Part shown: positions 35,909 through 45,018 of the stretch, piece by piece
Layout: the number at the start of each line of letters is the position of its first letter
Numbering within the stretch: the first letter of the stretch is position 1
NCBI GenBank assembly: GCA_017520505.1
Contig: JAFXFN010000006.1
Span: forward strand, 104,091-168,090
Length of the DNA: 64,000 nt
Source: Clostridia bacterium
Lineage (GTDB): Bacteria > Bacillota > Clostridia > Oscillospirales > CAG-272
Direction: 5' to 3'
Made by a program: the position numbers and the translations under genes
The notes under the pieces: generated by a model
Told to the model about the DNA's origin: nothing
What the model saw: the letters and a program-made list of their open reading frames with translations, nothing else
The model's database searches: none

Positions 35909-38446
35909 ATGAAATTTGAGCATATAATCTCAACCGTTAAGCAAAGCGGCTACGACGGGGTACCGGGTTACGGTATATTGAGCAAAAGCCGAAACCTCCC
36001 GCACAGCGATTTTAAGGAATACACCTGCTCGCCCGGACGTATAAAGCGTGATGTTTACTCTTACGAATACAGAAACAAAACAGCGGTATTCACCAAAAGA
36101 ACACCGAAAAACGATGTCTATTTATCCGACGGGGTTCATACCGACAACAGTATAACTCATACCGTTCTGTGTAAAAAAGAGTCTGAGGCACTTCCTTGCG
36201 AATACATTGCCTCTCCCTCATTTATAAGCAACGTCACACAGGACAGCGTCACATTCGACAGCGGAACTGATTATCTTGACGAAACGGAATTCTTCCCGTC
36301 GGGGGCGGTATCTGTCAACAGAGTTATGAACTTCCTCGGCACGCAAGGACGTGTTGAAGCATATAAAAAACTGCTTTATGCGGTTTTAAAGGCTGACGAC
36401 AAGGAAAAGCCCATCGTTATCTGTGACACGGACGAAAATATCCCTCTTTGGATAGGGGCTGTATCTTATTCTCTGCCCCGTCACATTGCCGTAAAGCTCA
36501 GCTTCACAACATCTGTTCTGCCTTACAGCGGCGCACCGTTTTACAGACTGTGCGGAATCTGCGCTGACGACATAAACGAAAGCGTTGCAGATTACATAAG
36601 GGAAAATTCATTTTGTCTGTTTGATATGATACACCTCGATCTTCCCGATTATCCCGTGACAGATCCGATATTCGGCTTTTTCGCCGATGCTATGACACAT
36701 TCTTATGCAGACATTGCCGCATTCCACGATTTTGTCGCAAGCTCGTTTTATACAATATCGGAAGCGCAGCTTACAAATGCGTATGCGGCATACAACGTTG
36801 TACGAAAAGGCATTGCAAACGTGTCTTACCGTGAGTTTGCAACAGCGGCGCACGCCGTCAGCAACTTCGGATTTGACTCTGCGTTTATACAGATCGCCGA
36901 ATCCTGCCTTTCCTCGGGAAGTGCGGTATGCGAATATGACGAGGCATATATTGCCGCAATTCTTCTCTTTATATGCGGACGTGATGAAATTCTTTCATAT
37001 AAGCTGAAATCGTCGCTCCGTGAATTCATCTGCCGTGTTTCACTCGCTGTCATCTGCACAAAGGAAAACGGCGGTGAAAAATTGAATGCATACTACGAAA
37101 AGGCAAGTGTCTGCGCTGAAAGCGTCGGTATATGTCTTTCGGAAAAGCTTCTGTCGGACAAATACAGAAAGCACATCATAAACACACTTTCTGCAAGCAC
37201 CCCCGACTATAAGGCACAGCTCGTTTCAAAAATGTATAAAGAATATCTCAAAGCCAAGGGATTTGGCTGTGATGATATAACATCAGGCTCGGAATCCGGT
37301 TCTTTCGCAGCAGAATATATAAAGGCATCCTCACAACACTGCGAGAGCTGCTCTGTATTTATGCTGAACGAAACCGCATACGATCCGCTTGTGCTTTGTG
37401 CGGTGTATCTTGTGATAGAGGAAGCGCTCGGAGAAAACGAAAAGCAGGTATCGCTTGCTAAGAACACACTTATCGCACTTGCTTCAAAGTCAGACCGCAC
37501 AGCGGAAATATGCGACTTCCTTGTAAAAGCAGACCACGATGAGCTTACCTATGAAATATTCAAAACGAAGCTTGCATCATTCAGAGATCATACAGAGGCT
37601 GTTACGGCATTTGACGAGCACGACAAAAAATATTTCTCCTCCTCCGAGGAATACGAATCACGTTATCTTGTTTCCGCACTTGAAATTTTGACAGAAACAG
37701 CACGTGAAAACTTCCCCGACGATCTTGAAAAAACAGATGAATACATCCTGCGTGTTGCCTGCAAGCACCGTGTTTGCATAAAATACAGTGATGAAATATG
37801 CAAGGAGCTTGCAGATTCCATCCCCGTTGAGCCTGACAAGAAGGAATCCGAGCTTTTACAGCTCATTTCCGTTTACGTTCAAAGCGTGTGCTGTAAGCCG
37901 CTTGACGGCAGATTGCTCTGTCTGTGCTTTGCAAAACAGCTCGACGGAATTGAAGATAAGCGTGATTTTGACAAGGCTGTGCCGACTCTTGACAAATATA
38001 CATCATCACGCAAGGTTCCCTTGAATTCGCTTGACAAAAAGGAATATGACGATTATATGGATTGGATAATACCGAATCTTGCATCGTTCCTTCCCGAATA
38101 CGAGGATCTTTGTGCCGTTTACTCTTACTTTGAGTTCAATACCGATACAGAGGAGCTTTACATAAAAGAGCTTATCAAGTCCTACATCAAGGAAAGCAAG
38201 AGTGACGGAGATTACAGAAGACTTTGCGGATTTTTACGCTTCGTTATTACCGAATGTACGGAAACAGGCAAGCGCTCCGCTGGTGCGCAGGTCACAAAGC
38301 TGAACGCAAAGAATATGGATTCGCTGAAAGCATGCGGTGAGGACGTGTTCGGAGACGATAACACGATGTATCTCAAATTCAGAGACATACTTGACACAGA
38401 ACCCGAAAAGGGCTCAATATTCAAAAAATTATTCGGCAGAAAATAA
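35909..38446 (+). CDS. Large cytoplasmic protein of unknown function (845 aa)
   Basis: Long ORF with an AAAGGGG RBS. I found no signal peptide, TM helix, Walker A or other recognisable catalytic motif. It is mostly helical-looking and Cys-rich in places. Confidence 0.6.
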   Translation: MKFEHIISTVKQSGYDGVPGYGILSKSRNLPHSDFKEYTCSPGRIKRDVYSYEYRNKTAVFTKRTPKNDVYLSDGVHTDNSITHTVLCKKESEALPCEYIASPSFISNVTQDSVTFDSGTDYLDETEFFPSGAVSVNRVMNFLGTQGRVEAYKKLLYAVLKADDKEKPIVICDTDENIPLWIGAVSYSLPRHIAVKLSFTTSVLPYSGAPFYRLCGICADDINESVADYIRENSFCLFDMIHLDLPDYPVTDPIFGFFADAMTHSYADIAAFHDFVASSFYTISEAQLTNAYAAYNVVRKGIANVSYREFATAAHAVSNFGFDSAFIQIAESCLSSGSAVCEYDEAYIAAILLFICGRDEILSYKLKSSLREFICRVSLAVICTKENGGEKLNAYYEKASVCAESVGICLSEKLLSDKYRKHIINTLSASTPDYKAQLVSKMYKEYLKAKGFGCDDITSGSESGSFAAEYIKASSQHCESCSVFMLNETAYDPLVLCAVYLVIEEALGENEKQVSLAKNTLIALASKSDRTAEICDFLVKADHDELTYEIFKTKLASFRDHTEAVTAFDEHDKKYFSSSEEYESRYLVSALEILTETARENFPDDLEKTDEYILRVACKHRVCIKYSDEICKELADSIPVEPDKKESELLQLISVYVQSVCCKPLDGRLLCLCFAKQLDGIEDKRDFDKAVPTLDKYTSSRKVPLNSLDKKEYDDYMDWIIPNLASFLPEYEDLCAVYSYFEFNTDTEELYIKELIKSYIKESKSDGDYRRLCGFLRFVITECTETGKRSAGAQVTKLNAKNMDSLKACGEDVFGDDNTMYLKFRDILDTEPEKGSIFKKLFGRK

Positions 38447-38473
38447 GCCGATCACATACGAAAGGATACTGTT

Positions 38474-39790
38474 ATGGGTTTAAAGGTTGTAAAATTCGGC
38501 GGTTCATCATTGGCAAGCGCCGAGCAGTTCCGCAAGGTTGCGGATATAATAAAGAGTGATGAAAACAGACGTTACGTTGTGGCATCTGCCCCCGGTAAGC
38601 GTTTCAAGGGCGACTTCAAAATAACTGATATGTTCTATCTTATCTACGACAGAGTTGCCGCAGGTGATAACATCGACACGCTTTTTGAAGAAATTACAGG
38701 CAGATACCAGGAGATCGCTGACGGTCTCGGCATTGAAATTTCAATGGAGGCTGAATTCAGCCGTATCAAAAACGCTCTTTACGGTATGGCAGGAAGAGAC
38801 TATGCCGCATCAAGAGGTGAATACCTCAATTCAATGCTTCTGGCAAAATATATGGGCTACGATTTCATCGATGCCGCTGAGGTTATCTTCTTCAAGCAGG
38901 ACGGAACATTTGATGCAGAAAGAACAAACACGGTTTTGGCTGAAAGACTGAAAAGACATCCGTATGCTGTCGTTCCCGGCTTTTACGGTTCAATGCCCAA
39001 CGGAACTATCAAGACGTTCTCACGCGGCGGCTCGGATATAACGGGCTCTATTCTTGCACGTGCGGCAAACGCAGAGCTTTACGAAAACTGGACAGACGTT
39101 TCGGGCTTCCTTATGGCTGACCCCAGAGTGGTTGACGATCCCAAGGTTATCGAAACAATAACCTACAGAGAGCTTCGTGAGCTTTCATATATGGGTGCAA
39201 CAGTTCTTCACGAGGATGCGATATTCCCCGTACAGATAGCGGGTATTCCGATAAACATCAAGAACACTAACATTCCCGAGGATCCCGGTACTATGATCGT
39301 ATCTACAAGCGACAAGTACGACACAAAGACGATAATCACGGGTATTGCAGGTAAAAAAGGCTTCTCCGCAATTCACATCGAAAAGGATATGATGAACGGC
39401 GAGGTAGGCTTTACAAGAAAGATACTTTCCGAGCTTGAGGAAAGAAACATATCCTTTGAGCATCTGCCGTCGGGTATCGACACAATGACGATAATGCTCA
39501 AAACAGAGGATATTGCAAAAATAAGAGAGGATCTTATAGTAGATATAAGACACTCCGTGCATCCCGACAGCATCTACATTCAGGACGGTATTGCGCTTAT
39601 CGCCGTTGTCGGCCGTGCTATGGTCAAGGCAAAGGGTACTGCCGCAAAGCTGTTTTCCGCTATTGCAAAGGCTGACATCAACGTAAAGATGATAGACCAG
39701 GGCTCCGACGAGCTTAATATCATTCTCGGTATCGAGGAAGCAGACTTTGAAAAGGCTATGTCAGCGATCTATCACGAATTTGTAGGCTGA
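38474..39790 (+). CDS. Aspartate kinase
   Basis: VVKFGGSSLAS N-terminal kinase motif, about 440 aa, with C-terminal ACT-like repeats (IALIAVVG...INVKMIDQGSDELNI). Confidence 0.8.
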   Translation: MGLKVVKFGGSSLASAEQFRKVADIIKSDENRRYVVASAPGKRFKGDFKITDMFYLIYDRVAAGDNIDTLFEEITGRYQEIADGLGIEISMEAEFSRIKNALYGMAGRDYAASRGEYLNSMLLAKYMGYDFIDAAEVIFFKQDGTFDAERTNTVLAERLKRHPYAVVPGFYGSMPNGTIKTFSRGGSDITGSILARAANAELYENWTDVSGFLMADPRVVDDPKVIETITYRELRELSYMGATVLHEDAIFPVQIAGIPINIKNTNIPEDPGTMIVSTSDKYDTKTIITGIAGKKGFSAIHIEKDMMNGEVGFTRKILSELEERNISFEHLPSGIDTMTIMLKTEDIAKIREDLIVDIRHSVHPDSIYIQDGIALIAVVGRAMVKAKGTAAKLFSAIAKADINVKMIDQGSDELNIILGIEEADFEKAMSAIYHEFVG

Positions 39791-39806
39791 ACCGAAGGAC
39801 AGGACA

Positions 39807-40625
39807 ATGTATAAAATTTTCGATATTCACACGCATATTTATCCCGATGCAATTTCGGAAAGGGCTGTGACGGCTCTCGGTAATTTCTACGATTTTGTAC
39901 CGCAGGGCAAGGGCTGTTATTCCGATATGACAGCGCACGACAAAAATTATAACATTTCGGGATTTCTCGTTTTTTCCGTGGCAACGAATGCGCACCAGGT
40001 GCGCCGTGTGAATGAGTTTCTCTCCGCAACCTGTAACAAGGCAATAAGCGAGGGCTTCAAAACGGTTGCCTTTGGCGGTCTTCATCAGGACTGCGAGGAT
40101 ATGAAGGGGGAAATAGACTATGCGCTGTCGCTCGGTCTTAAAGGTATCAAAATACACCCCGATATACAGGGCATCGACGTTGACGATAAAAGGCTTTATC
40201 CGCTTTATGAGGAGGCAGAGGGTAAGTTCCCGATATACTTCCACATAGGCGACAACCGCCCGCAGTATCAGTTTTCAAAGCCGAAAAAGCTCCGTAAGAT
40301 ACTTGATGAATTTCCCCGTCTTCAGGTCGTTGCCGCACATCTCGGCGGTTATATGACCTCTGAGGAGGGCGTTGAATATTTAAGCGGTCACGAAAACGTG
40401 TGGTATGATACCTCGTCAGCACTTTGGGCAATGTCGCCCGAAAAGGCGGAATATCTTATCGGCAAATTCGGAGCTGAAAAGGTGATGTTCGGCACGGACT
40501 ATCCCGTTATGTGTCCGCACGACGAGCTTGAGCTTTTCTTCAAAATAAAGCTCACCGAAAAGCAAAGAGAAGATATTTTATATAACAACGCAATTAATTT
40601 TCTTAATTTAAAAGCAGACGGTTGA
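39807..40625 (+). CDS. Amidohydrolase-2 family metal-dependent TIM-barrel hydrolase
   Basis: Starts IFDIHTHIYPD (HxH metal site), then AHLGG and FGTDYP, as in PF04909-type amidohydrolases. Confidence 0.6.
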   Translation: MYKIFDIHTHIYPDAISERAVTALGNFYDFVPQGKGCYSDMTAHDKNYNISGFLVFSVATNAHQVRRVNEFLSATCNKAISEGFKTVAFGGLHQDCEDMKGEIDYALSLGLKGIKIHPDIQGIDVDDKRLYPLYEEAEGKFPIYFHIGDNRPQYQFSKPKKLRKILDEFPRLQVVAAHLGGYMTSEEGVEYLSGHENVWYDTSSALWAMSPEKAEYLIGKFGAEKVMFGTDYPVMCPHDELELFFKIKLTEKQREDILYNNAINFLNLKADG

Positions 40626-40640
40626 CCCGTCTGCTTTTTT
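40614..40640 (+). terminator. Intrinsic terminator overlapping the amidohydrolase stop codon
   Basis: GCAGACGG/CCGTCTGC stem followed by TTTTTT. Confidence 0.7.
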
Positions 40641-40649
40641 CGTTATAAT
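40622..40649 (+). promoter_or_regulatory. Candidate promoter (TTGACC-16 nt-TATAAT) that would drive structured element A
   Basis: TTGACC at 40622-40627 (inside the terminator hairpin) and TATAAT at 40644-40649. No ORF follows. Confidence 0.4.
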
Positions 40650-40672
40650 TCATAATTTTCCTTATAAAAAAT

Positions 40673-40755
40673 ATTTCCGCAGGAAATATCTGTGCCCATC
40701 TCCAATCAGTTGACTTCGTCAACTGCGGGGGGCGGGGCGCAGCAACTGTAAGAGA
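40673..40755 (+). ncRNA. Structured intergenic element, copy A (candidate sRNA; a bidirectional terminator follows at 40766-40803)
   Basis: Hairpin ATTTCC-GCA-GGAAAT. Outer stem CTGTGCCC/GGGCGCAG encloses an 8-bp hairpin with a 3-nt loop (CAGTTGAC-TTC-GTCAACTG), then a GGGGGG run, then TGTAAGAGA. The architecture matches copy B at 44832-44919, but the paired bases differ. Confidence 0.45.
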
Positions 40756-40765
40756 AAGTTTACAT

Positions 40766-40803
40766 AAAAAATAGAGTTGACATACTATCAACTCTATTTT
40801 TAT
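40766..40803. terminator. Bidirectional intrinsic terminator (phosphohexomutase gene and candidate sRNA A)
   Basis: ATAGAGTTGA/TCAACTCTAT stem flanked by an A-run and a T-run. Confidence 0.65.
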
Positions 40804-40842
40804 TTTCAATTAACCGCACACACCACAAATCAAAGAATGGTA

Positions 40843-42573
40843 TTATTTTATACTGTCTATTATTGCAAGGCCTGCTTCTTTAAATTTTGCAACCTTTGCG
40901 TCTGCGCCCTCTGCCGTTTTCTCACTTACAAGGTAGTAGAGCTTTATTTTAGGCTCTGTGCCCGACGGACGGATAACAACAACGTCGTCGCCACATTTGA
41001 AATAAACGGTGTTTGTCGTGCCTGTATCGAGCATCGTCTTCTCGCCCGTTTTCAGATTGTATTCACACGGAATATTGTAGTCGATGACTGTGTCAACGGC
41101 AACGCCTGCCAATTCCTTCGGCGGTTCTTCACGAAGCTTTTTCATTATGCGCTTCATACGGTCGATACCGTCAAGGCCTTTCATAGTTATATTATCAACG
41201 CCGTCACGGTAGAAGCCGTATTTGTTGTATATTTCCTGCATTGCATCGTAAAGCGTCATTCCGCGCTTCTTGTAATACGCCGCAACCTCACAAATGAGCA
41301 TAGTGCCGACAACAGCATCCTTATCACGTGCGTAAGTGCCTCTTAAATATCCGTAGCTTTCCTCAAATCCGAGCAAGAATTCCGCCTCACCTGGCTTTTC
41401 CTCACGCTTTATGACCTCGCCGATGTACTTGAAGCCCGTGAAAACATTGTAAAGCTTGACACCGTTGACAGCGGCAATTTTTGACACAAGCTCCGTTGAA
41501 ACAAAGCTCTTGACAGCATACGCACCGTTCGGCATCTTGCCTGTGTTTTTAAGCGCCGTAATAATGTATTCAAGAAGAATAGCACCGACCTGATTTCCCG
41601 TCATAGTAACGAAATCGTCACCGACTCTTACAGCGATACCGACACGGTCAGCATCAGGGTCCGTTGCAATAATAAGGTCAGAGCCTATTTCCTTTGCAAG
41701 CTTTATGCCGGGGTTGAAAACGTCCTTGAATTCCGGATTCGGAAAAGGAGTGGTCGGGAAGTTTCCGTCAGGCTCGCTCTGCTCTTTTACCATATAGAGA
41801 TTTTTAAATCCGAGCATATCGATAACTCTCGGAACGAGCTTATAGCCTGCGCCGTGCAAGGGAGTGTAAACGATCTTGATGTCGTCCGCCATTTCCTTTA
41901 TCATTTCTGTGTCTATCGCCTGCGCGTACACATTTTCAAGATATGCCGCATCGACTTCTTCGCCGATGATCTTGATAAGACCGCTTTTGATTCCGTCTTC
42001 AAACGGAATGGATGAAACACCGTCAAAAATATCGGTAACTGCAATTATGTCGGATACCTTCTGGGCGTGCTCCGGCGGAAGCTGTGCGCCGTCCTCCCAA
42101 TATGCCTTGTATCCGTTATATTCCTTGGGGTTATGCGATGCCGTGATGTTGATACCCGCAATGCAGTTCAAATGACGGATAGCAAACGAAAGCACGGGTG
42201 TGGGGCGGAGAGATTCAAAAATAAACACCTTGATGCCGTTTGCCGCAAGCACCTCTGCGGCACATTTTGAAAACAGCTCGGAGTTATTTCTTGAGTCGCA
42301 AGCAATTGCAACTCCTCTTTCCATAGCCGCCTTGCCTTCTTCTTTTATAAGTGTGGCAATAGCCTGTGTTGCCTGTGTTACCGTGTATACATTCATCGCA
42401 TTCGTGCCGGCGTTCATCGTTCCTCTGAGTCCTGCCGTACCAAACTGAAGTGACTGATAGAAACGAAGCTTTATTTCCTCGTCATTATCCTTTATTGCAA
42501 TAAGCTCCGCTTTTGTGGCTTCATCCGTTTTGTCGGAGGTAAGCCAACGGTTATAATTTTCCATATATCCCAT
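40843..42573 (-). CDS. Phosphoglucomutase/phosphomannomutase family (alpha-D-phosphohexomutase)
   Basis: Active-site loop TASHNPKEYNGYK, Mg loop DPDADR, 576 aa. Confidence 0.85.
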   Translation of the reverse strand: MGYMENYNRWLTSDKTDEATKAELIAIKDNDEEIKLRFYQSLQFGTAGLRGTMNAGTNAMNVYTVTQATQAIATLIKEEGKAAMERGVAIACDSRNNSELFSKCAAEVLAANGIKVFIFESLRPTPVLSFAIRHLNCIAGINITASHNPKEYNGYKAYWEDGAQLPPEHAQKVSDIIAVTDIFDGVSSIPFEDGIKSGLIKIIGEEVDAAYLENVYAQAIDTEMIKEMADDIKIVYTPLHGAGYKLVPRVIDMLGFKNLYMVKEQSEPDGNFPTTPFPNPEFKDVFNPGIKLAKEIGSDLIIATDPDADRVGIAVRVGDDFVTMTGNQVGAILLEYIITALKNTGKMPNGAYAVKSFVSTELVSKIAAVNGVKLYNVFTGFKYIGEVIKREEKPGEAEFLLGFEESYGYLRGTYARDKDAVVGTMLICEVAAYYKKRGMTLYDAMQEIYNKYGFYRDGVDNITMKGLDGIDRMKRIMKKLREEPPKELAGVAVDTVIDYNIPCEYNLKTGEKTMLDTGTTNTVYFKCGDDVVVIRPSGTEPKIKLYYLVSEKTAEGADAKVAKFKEAGLAIIDSIK

Positions 42574-42585
42574 TTCAAAGCCCTC

Positions 42586-42840
42586 TCATTCTTTATTCAA
42601 CGCTTGTTTCAAAGCCTTTGCAAGCTGATCGGGACAAGATGTGTTTTTAAATCCGCACTTCGTTCCCTCAAGAAGACCTATGACGTCCTGCGCATTCATA
42701 CCGACAACGAGCTTCGATATTCCTTTAAGGTTGCCGTCGCATCCGCCGTAAAACTTTACGGACACGATAGTGTCGCCGTCAAGCTCTGTTTCTATCATTG
42801 AAGAACACGTGCCTCTTGTCTTGTACTTATAATTACTCAT
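42586..42840 (-). CDS. TSCPD-domain small protein (TIGR03905-like)
   Basis: 84 aa, with GGCDGNLKG and TSCPDQLA motifs. Confidence 0.7.
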   Translation of the reverse strand: MSNYKYKTRGTCSSMIETELDGDTIVSVKFYGGCDGNLKGISKLVVGMNAQDVIGLLEGTKCGFKNTSCPDQLAKALKQALNKE

Positions 42841-42921
42841 CCGATACCTCGCAAAATACTTTTCTTTCTACATTATAAGTCAAAAAACAAAATTTGTCAA
42901 CCGTTTTATAAAGGAGGTTAG

Positions 42922-43821
42922 TTATCTCGGTATTTTTATGGTAAGCTCAATGGAATCATCCGTTTCAACTCTTGATTGCTCAATGGGAATTCCTGCTTCC
43001 TTTACGGTGCTTACTGCCCTGTCAAGCGAATTTAAAAATATTCTTATATCCCTTATTATCATTTTTCTCACGGGCTTGTGTACGGGAACACTTGGGAAAA
43101 GTATCTTTTTTATATATTCCTCGCTTTCACGTACGTTAAGAGAATGTTCTATAATATATCCCAACGTTTTAAGCCTTAAAACGGGATCGTGTATTTTTAT
43201 AAGACTTCGTGCGTGGCGTTCGGACAGATCGTTTTTTATTATCAGCTCTCGTTCAGGCTCGCTCAGACGCAAAAGCCTTATTTTATTTGCCACGTACGAT
43301 TGGCTGACGGAAAGAAGGGCTGCGATCTCCTCTTGTTTAAGCGAATATTTTTCGGCAAGAGATAAAATTGCAGAGGCTTCCTCGAATATATTAAGTCCCT
43401 CACGCTGTAGATTTTCCACAAGCGCAAGCTTTGCCGAGGCTTCCTTGTCAACGTCGAGTATCACACACGGCACGTATTCCATATTGAGAAGCTTTGCCGC
43501 ACGAAGACGTCTTTCCCCTGCAATCACCTCGTAAAGACCGCCGAACGGTGTGTCCTCATCGGAAACACGTCGGATGGAAATAGGCTGAATTATGCCGTGC
43601 CTTTTTATGCTGTCGGCAAGACTCATTATAGAGGAATCGGAAAAAACTGTCCTCGGCTGTGACGGATTCGGGCATATTCTGTCGGGATTTATCAGATGTA
43701 CCCTGCACGCATCCTCTGCGTTTTTAAGCTGTTTTTTTCGCTTGTTGAGCTTGTCCCATTCGTTTTTAAGTTTTTCTTTTTCGTCGTTCTTTTTAAAATC
43801 AAACCTCTGCAAAAGCTTCAT
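42922..43821 (-). CDS. ParB/Spo0J/Noc-family DNA-binding protein (orphan; no ParA gene alongside)
   Basis: ParB box ICPNPSQPR, GERRLRAAKL and an HTH region. ATG 43821 (MKLLQRFDFKK) is 6 nt from GGAGG and is preferred over 43827. Confidence 0.75.
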   Translation of the reverse strand: MKLLQRFDFKKNDEKEKLKNEWDKLNKRKKQLKNAEDACRVHLINPDRICPNPSQPRTVFSDSSIMSLADSIKRHGIIQPISIRRVSDEDTPFGGLYEVIAGERRLRAAKLLNMEYVPCVILDVDKEASAKLALVENLQREGLNIFEEASAILSLAEKYSLKQEEIAALLSVSQSYVANKIRLLRLSEPERELIIKNDLSERHARSLIKIHDPVLRLKTLGYIIEHSLNVRESEEYIKKILFPSVPVHKPVRKMIIRDIRIFLNSLDRAVSTVKEAGIPIEQSRVETDDSIELTIKIPR

Positions 43822-43971
43822 ACGCATCCTCCTTTGGCAATCCTATATTACCACAGGGTGTATGCGAAAAAACGCATATTATGAGTGGGTAGATAAAAAA
43901 GTTTATACATTCTTTATAAAAACCGAATTAATTACGCTTTATTTGCATTTATTATAATAATCGAGGTGAAT

Positions 43972-44766
43972 ATGATGAAAAATAAAAAAGAGCGTATTAT
44001 AAACATAATAACGGTCATTTTTGCCGTGTTTATACTTTTAAACTATTCGGTTTATCTTTTTTGCACCGTGTCAAACGGAGGAAAAACTTGGAACGCACTC
44101 GTCGCTGTCGGTATTATTATGATTACTCTGATTCCGCTTGTTCTGCTTTTTCTTTTCGAAAAAGAGATTCCGAGAAAATATAAAAAACTGATAAAGGTGC
44201 TGAAAACCGTTTACATAATCGGTATGGGGGTGTACGTTTTAAGCTATTCCGTTTTTGCCGTATGGGTAACGTCGGGTGTAAGTTACAGCACAGAGAAGGA
44301 CTACAACTGCGTTATCGTTTTCGGCGGCGGTGTTAAAGACGGTAAGCTTTCACGCTACGGTGAAAACCGACTGAATGCAATAATACCGTATCTTGAAGAA
44401 CACGAAAACACAGCGGTTATCGTTTCGGGCGGTGTCGGCGAGCACGAGACCTTCTCCGAGGCTGACGTTATGGCGGAATATTTTATGCAACACGGCATAT
44501 CGGGCGAACGTATCATACTTGAAGATCAAGCCAAAAACACGTGGGAGAATATCGAATATTCATTTGATATTATAGGCAAAAAAAATACCGCCCTCGGCAT
44601 TTCGAGCGACTACCACGTAAAGCGTATAGAGCTTATGGCGAAAGAACAGAACGTAGACCTTGATATGATAGCATCAAAAAGCGAGCTTGAGCTTAATACA
44701 ATATCGTCCTACGTCCGTGAATATATGGCATATTTTAAATATTTTTTGGGACTTAATGATATATGA
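43972..44766 (+). CDS. DUF218 (YdcF/SanA/ElyC-like) membrane-associated protein
   Basis: Three N-terminal TM helices, then CVIVFGGGV....., IVSGG and SSDYHVKR, typical of DUF218. The start may be ATG 43975 (better SD spacing). Confidence 0.6.
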   Translation: MMKNKKERIINIITVIFAVFILLNYSVYLFCTVSNGGKTWNALVAVGIIMITLIPLVLLFLFEKEIPRKYKKLIKVLKTVYIIGMGVYVLSYSVFAVWVTSGVSYSTEKDYNCVIVFGGGVKDGKLSRYGENRLNAIIPYLEEHENTAVIVSGGVGEHETFSEADVMAEYFMQHGISGERIILEDQAKNTWENIEYSFDIIGKKNTALGISSDYHVKRIELMAKEQNVDLDMIASKSELELNTISSYVREYMAYFKYFLGLNDI

Positions 44767-44831
44767 ATACAGCCACAACTCAATCCATCACCCTTTATAA
44801 CCTTGTTTCGCTTGTGAAAGCTAACAAATAG

Positions 44832-44919
44832 ATTTCCAAAGGAAATCTGCGCCCTACGCCCGTGGACGGCAGGCTATGCCTGCCGAGGGGGGACGGGCAG
44901 GGCGCCGTTATTGTAAAGA
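44832..44919 (+). ncRNA. Structured intergenic element, copy B (candidate 3'-UTR or sRNA element)
   Basis: Hairpin ATTTCC-AAA-GGAAAT. Outer stems GCGCCCT/AGGGCGC and GCCCGT/ACGGGC enclose an 8-bp hairpin with a 3-nt loop (CGGCAGGC-TAT-GCCTGCCG), then GGGGGG, then TGTAAAGA. Same layout as copy A. Confidence 0.45.
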
Positions 44920-44950
44920 TTCAGGTAAAACAAGATACTACTGCACAAAT

Positions 44951-44993
44951 AAAAAACGAACGCCCGAAGCTTCCTCCGTATGAAGCTTCGGGC
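44951..44993 (-). terminator. Intrinsic terminator of infB (a T-run is also present on the plus strand)
   Basis: GCCCGAAGCTTC/GAAGCTTCGGGC 12-bp stem followed by TTTTTT on the minus strand. Confidence 0.7.
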
Positions 44994-45018
44994 AATTTTT
45001 AACCGTAATTAAAGGCTT

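Noticed and set aside
38447-38473. Possible lysine riboswitch or T-box leader upstream of aspartate kinase
   Set aside because: Only 27 nt separate it from the preceding gene, so no structured leader is possible.
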